A program made the translations under genes and the position numbers. From an uncultured Thermococci archaeon (GTDB lineage Archaea; CAYQAE01; CAYVLA01): 64,000 bases of DNA. The stretch covers positions 64,001 to 128,000 of the forward strand of contig CAZJVP010000099.1 in assembly GCA_964549615.1 (NCBI GenBank). Reading direction: 5' to 3'. The notes under the pieces were generated by a model, which was not told the DNA's origin, searched no databases, and worked only from the letters and a program-made list of their open reading frames with translations. This document shows positions 60,485 through 64,000 of this stretch, in pieces. How positions within the stretch are numbered: position 1 is the stretch's first letter; each line of letters begins with the position of its first letter.

Positions 60485-60711
60485 AGTTGGACGATCTCCA
60501 GACGTGTTTGCAAGACCGATCGGCGGATCTCCCTAGTGGCCGCTTCGAATTGCTCGTCGTCCCTTAGCCTGCCCGCGAACTCCGCCAACGCCCTCTTCTC
60601 CTCGTACGCCGCAATCCGCTTCACCACGTCCGTGAAGCTCTCCCCCGGCCTCTTGAACCGAGCAAGGGCCTCATAAGCTTCCTCCGAGATGGTCAGCGTC
60701 CTGCGCGCCAC
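60481..60711 (-). CDS. vapB: Archaeal VapB-family antitoxin
   Basis: RTLTISEEAYEALARFKRPGESFTDVVKR..LAEFAG. Confidence 0.88.
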   Translation of the reverse strand: MARRTLTISEEAYEALARFKRPGESFTDVVKRIAAYEEKRALAEFAGRLRDDEQFEAATREIRRSVLQTRLEIVQL

Positions 60712-60940
60712 GCCTCTCCGCATTCATGCGTGCATTTAAGTTGCTCGGCCAAACTCGTCGAGGACATCGCTGACGCCCGCCATGACCTCGCTGCGGGGAG
60801 GCAGGGCTCATCTTGAACATCTAGACCCGGGTTGGGTAAGACCGCCACCCAACGGACGTAGCCTGGGAAACTAAGTCGCCCGGAGGTACTGCCGACACGA
60901 AAAGTCTGTCCGCGCCCCACGCCTCACGCCCCGGTCTCGC

Positions 60941-61240
60941 TGTCAAGCGGGAATCGCCACGCTACTACTGAACGAGTGGACGGCCGACCAAGCAGGCTGC
61001 ACACCCTCCCAACTCTACACCATCAAGGCATCATACGGAACCCACCAAGCCCAAGCCGATCTGAACATATCCACGTCCCAGCAGCTCGCTCTCAAGATGG
61101 AAGGTCTGACCATTCCGGAACACGGAGTGTGGCAAGCCATGGCTTCGGGGCTGCTAATCGTCCTGCTTTTCCTCCGGGCCTCGAGCATCGAGAGATTGGG
61201 TGTTTCCGGCGACCACCGAGCCTGTCGCGCCGGGTTGTGA
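60941..61240 (+). pseudogene. Orphan C-terminal fragment of a surface protein with IPE-TM tail (absent from ORF track)
   Basis: Frame without a plausible start: GIATLLLNEW..YTIKASYG..KMEGLTIPEHGVWQAMASGLLIVLLFLR. Confidence 0.55.
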
Positions 61241-61548
61241 GGTGAGAGTCATCTCGGCCGATCTCGCCGCCCAAGGCACGACCATGTTTACGGCTGAGTG
61301 CAGCGCAACCGGGAACGCCGCTTTACTTTTACGGCAGGGCAGACGGCGACTCGGTCTACAAGTACGTCGGGCCTACCTACGAAGGCGCGCGTTGAATTTC
61401 GCCTTCCAGCAAGAACCTAACCTGTACAAGTTGGGACCCCGCTCGACCCCAGGGCCCCAACGAAGGGTTTTCGGCAGCGACGCCGCGGCGACCGCCTGCA
61501 AACCGTTTGAGAAGTGCAGGCGACAGAAAATTCAAGAGCGGCCGACCG

Positions 61549-61980
61549 CTACAGTCGCTCCAGCAGCTTGCGCGGGCTGGTCACCTCGACGCCTCCCACC
61601 CTCTCGAAATGTGCAAGCTTCCGGGTCACCAAGGGCATTGCATGGGCCCTTGCCGTAGCACCGATTAACAGGTCACGCACATCCACGGCCTCGCCTTTCC
61701 TTTCCAGGGAAACGCAGATCTCAGACGCTATCCTCGCGCTCCCCTCATCAAATGGCAGGGCGCTGACGTGCGACCGCAACGCCTCGACCGCATCCATGCT
61801 TCTTTCCGGCTCGGCGGAAAGCATGGCCCCGCGGCAGAGCTCGAAGACGGTCACCGTTGTCATGTTGGCGGTCAACCTTCCTGACCTGACCGCCCCGAAC
61901 AGCTGTACGGCATCGGGATCGGGCCTTTTCTTGAGGTAGTCGACTATCACGTCCGTGTCGAGTATCGCCCGGATTTCCAT
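61549..61980 (-). CDS. vapC: VapC PIN-domain toxin
   Basis: ILDTDVIVDYL, TVFEL, DLLIGATA, LVTRKLAHFERV. Confidence 0.9.
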   Translation of the reverse strand: MEIRAILDTDVIVDYLKKRPDPDAVQLFGAVRSGRLTANMTTVTVFELCRGAMLSAEPERSMDAVEALRSHVSALPFDEGSARIASEICVSLERKGEAVDVRDLLIGATARAHAMPLVTRKLAHFERVGGVEVTSPRKLLERL

Positions 61981-62198
61981 GTCCTCCACAACTCTCTGGC
62001 CGCCTTCATGAACTCCTCCGTTCTCTCGATATGGGTCCAGCACCCGGCCAGATCGTCCAAGTCCACGGATTTCTCCATGACGATTCTTCGTTCGGTCCCG
62101 CTGACCAGGAGCTCGTCCCCCACCCGCACGCCGGCCCTTTCTCTCACTTCCTTTGGGATTGTGACCTGGTACTTTCTAGTGACCTTGACCTTCTCCAC
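61947..62198 (-). CDS. AbrB/MazE-family antitoxin
   Basis: KVKVTRKYQVTIPKEVRERAGVRVGDEL..DLAGCW. Confidence 0.9.
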   Translation of the reverse strand: MEKVKVTRKYQVTIPKEVRERAGVRVGDELLVSGTERRIVMEKSVDLDDLAGCWTHIERTEEFMKAARELWRTWKSGRYSTRT

Positions 62199-62240
62199 TA
62201 CCTCACCGTACTACCAGAGGTACTACCGGCACAAAAAGCT
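62197..62240 (-). promoter_or_regulatory. Putative autoregulatory operator repeats and promoter of abrB-vapC
   Basis: GGTAGT three times at 12-13 nt spacing (GGTAGTAC twice) between a T-rich box and the start codon. Confidence 0.5.
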
Positions 62241-62851
62241 TGTCCACCGGCCACCTGCCTGTATTATCCGAAAATCATTTCGCCCCGCCTGTTCTGACCG
62301 TGTCGGTGGTCAAGCTAACTGACTCAAGGATCTGGTGGATGATGCGACGCAAGGAGAAGGGCAGGATGACCAAAGCAAGGATCGCCGGGGCCTAGCAGGT
62401 CAGCACCGGAGGACTCCAACAACCATAGACCCGCTACGGATCGCCCCGTATGAGCATGAGCACGGTTACCCTGACCAGGCCTTCTGGAATAGGATAAGCT
62501 CTGAGGGATCGTTTGGAACAACCAGCCACATGCTCTGCCACGGACTGGACCCGCAACTCGACCGGCGCAAGGCGAGGTGAAAGCATGACCCAAGAGACGA
62601 GGGGACCGCCCAGTCAAGGGCAACGAGTTATTTCCCGAACAACACACGCCAGCCACCCGCCGCACCGCATGCCGCCCAGGGGCCTCGCCTTGCAACAAGA
62701 ACCTAACCTGTTCAAGTCAGGGCCGCGCTCGACGTGCGGCAGATTGTAGAGAACGCGTGGGAAGGCACGAATGAAGAGTCCGCATCGATTGAGAAGTGAA
62801 AGACGGAGCAAGAACGGAAAAAGTTTTATGTGTATTCAATGCATTTATCCC

Positions 62852-63070
62852 GTGGCCACCAAGACCGTCACAATCACGGTGGAGGCGTACGATGCCCTTC
62901 TCAGGCTCAAACGCCCCGGCGAGAGCTTCTCCCAAGTCGTGCTCCGCATCGCCTCGAAAAAAGGTTCCGCCAAGCTGTCGGACCGCCTGGCAGCCGGGCG
63001 GCCGGACGACGAGCTGGCATCGCGCGTCGAGGAAGCTCACCGCATCCTGAACAGGATCCGCTTGGAGTGA
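62852..63070 (+). CDS. vapB: Archaeal VapB-family antitoxin
   Basis: [30 protein letters not shown]; AAAAGTTTTAT box about 22 nt upstream. Confidence 0.88.
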   Translation: MATKTVTITVEAYDALLRLKRPGESFSQVVLRIASKKGSAKLSDRLAAGRPDDELASRVEEAHRILNRIRLE

Positions 63071-63075
63071 CGCAA

Positions 63076-63471
63076 ATGGCATGTCTGGAGACCACCTTCC
63101 TTGTGGACCTGTTGAGACGCAGCCCCAGCGCCCTTGCCAAGCTTAGGGATCTCGAGGATGCGGGAGAACGGCTTGCGACAACACAGGTGAACCTGGTCGA
63201 ACTCTACGTCGGGGCATACCGCTCTCCCGACCCTGAAGCCGCGTTGACGCAACTGGAGGAACTGGTCGGGAGCCTAGATCTTCTGGAGTTTGGCAGGGAG
63301 GAATGTGCTGTCTGCGGACGCGTGATAGCCGGCCTTCTATCCGCCGGTGAATCCATAGGGGCAATCGACGTGATCGCGGGCTGCCTGGCCCTCGCCCACG
63401 GCGAGACAGTCATCACCAGGAACGTTGAGCACTACAGAAGAATACCGGGCTTGTCGGTCGAATCCTACTAA
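63076..63471 (+). CDS. vapC: VapC PIN-domain toxin
   Basis: CLETTFLVDLLR, NLVELYVG, IDVIAG, ITRNVEHYRRIPGLSVESY. Confidence 0.9.
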   Translation: MACLETTFLVDLLRRSPSALAKLRDLEDAGERLATTQVNLVELYVGAYRSPDPEAALTQLEELVGSLDLLEFGREECAVCGRVIAGLLSAGESIGAIDVIAGCLALAHGETVITRNVEHYRRIPGLSVESY

Positions 63472-63666
63472 CTCGCATTCCCGTCGATACAATCTTACGT
63501 CTTCCCTCGCGTCGATGCCTCATGACCCACAGCGAGCCGCACTCCAGCCGGCCTGCGGGGCTTGCCTGCGCAGCAGGGGCCACAAAGGTCGTATTCGCCA
63601 ACCGGCCGCCATCAGTCCTTGGGACGGGTGGCCGGGACTTCGCCTCAAGCTTTCTCACAGAGGCCA

Positions 63667-63750
63667 TCATCGGTCGTGTGACCAGTTGATGCTCACGGAT
63701 CGCATTTTCCTCCTAAGTTCGTCGTCTACCTTGACCGTAACCGTACCAAC
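63667..63750 (-). pseudogene. Truncated RHH-type antitoxin
   Basis: TVTVKVDDELRRKMRSVSINWS then a stop; no intact toxin follows. Confidence 0.6.
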
Positions 63751-64000
63751 TAGCGCTACAAGAGCAACCCTGTCGCCTCCCACCTCAAAGCGGAGGCGAG
63801 CCGGCAAGAAAACCGAGATCGTTGAGAGTTTGGCCGGGCAGTTCCAACCATAAGCGATCATCTCGCCGGGCGCCTTCGTTGATTCTTGCTTCGTGACCCT
63901 TCGATTGGCCTTGGATCCGTAGCCCAGTCGGCAGGCGGGATCAACTGCCTGGGCCGTAGATCCAAAAATCCCCTGACTTGTTTAGCAAGGTGTAGTTCTC

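Larger units (their letters stand above)
59988..60791 (+). repeat. 15-bp direct repeat CCGCCATGACCTCGC flanking a vapBC module
   Basis: Exact copies at 59988-60002 and 60777-60791. Confidence 0.7.
61399..62733 (+). repeat. Diverged 49-bp direct repeat (61399-61447 and 62685-62733) bracketing an abrB-vapC module
   Basis: 42/49 identical; shared core CAAGAACCTAACCTGT. Confidence 0.75.

Noticed and set aside
1-64000. CRISPR array, tRNA or rRNA genes, IS transposase or integrase
   Set aside because: No regularly spaced repeats, recognisable structural RNA or recombinase motifs found by eye; small RNAs could be missed.

Overview
GC-rich window, almost certainly archaeal: TATA-like boxes lie 20-30 nt upstream of many starts, and it carries archaeal-type VapB/AbrB-VapC and MNT-HEPN modules. 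Most of it is a large, duplicated and partly decaying cell-surface glycosylation and glycan-modification island. It holds 4 GT2, 2 GT4, 3 GT-C/ArnT-PMT-like membrane glycosyltransferases, WecB, a CE4 deacetylase, 3 PaaK-family adenylating ligases, 7 GNATs plus 1 GNAT pseudogene, and 3 AsnB-like synthetases that all lack the glutaminase Cys. It also has a NitT/TauT ABC importer with a ligase gene inside its operon, a geranylgeranyl-reductase-like/UbiA pair, a B12-radical SAM enzyme with a CX9CX2C motif and a phosphohistidine transferase with no ATP-grasp domain. Several exported proteins end in a [VI]P[EV]-transmembrane-basic tail resembling PEP-/PEF-CTERM sorting signals. About ten intact or broken toxin-antitoxin modules sit between the blocks. 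Best candidate for an undescribed system: an archaeal acyl/amide glycan-decoration pathway coupled to xPE-CTERM surface proteins. All calls come from reading motifs by eye; no searches were run, and start codons are best estimates.
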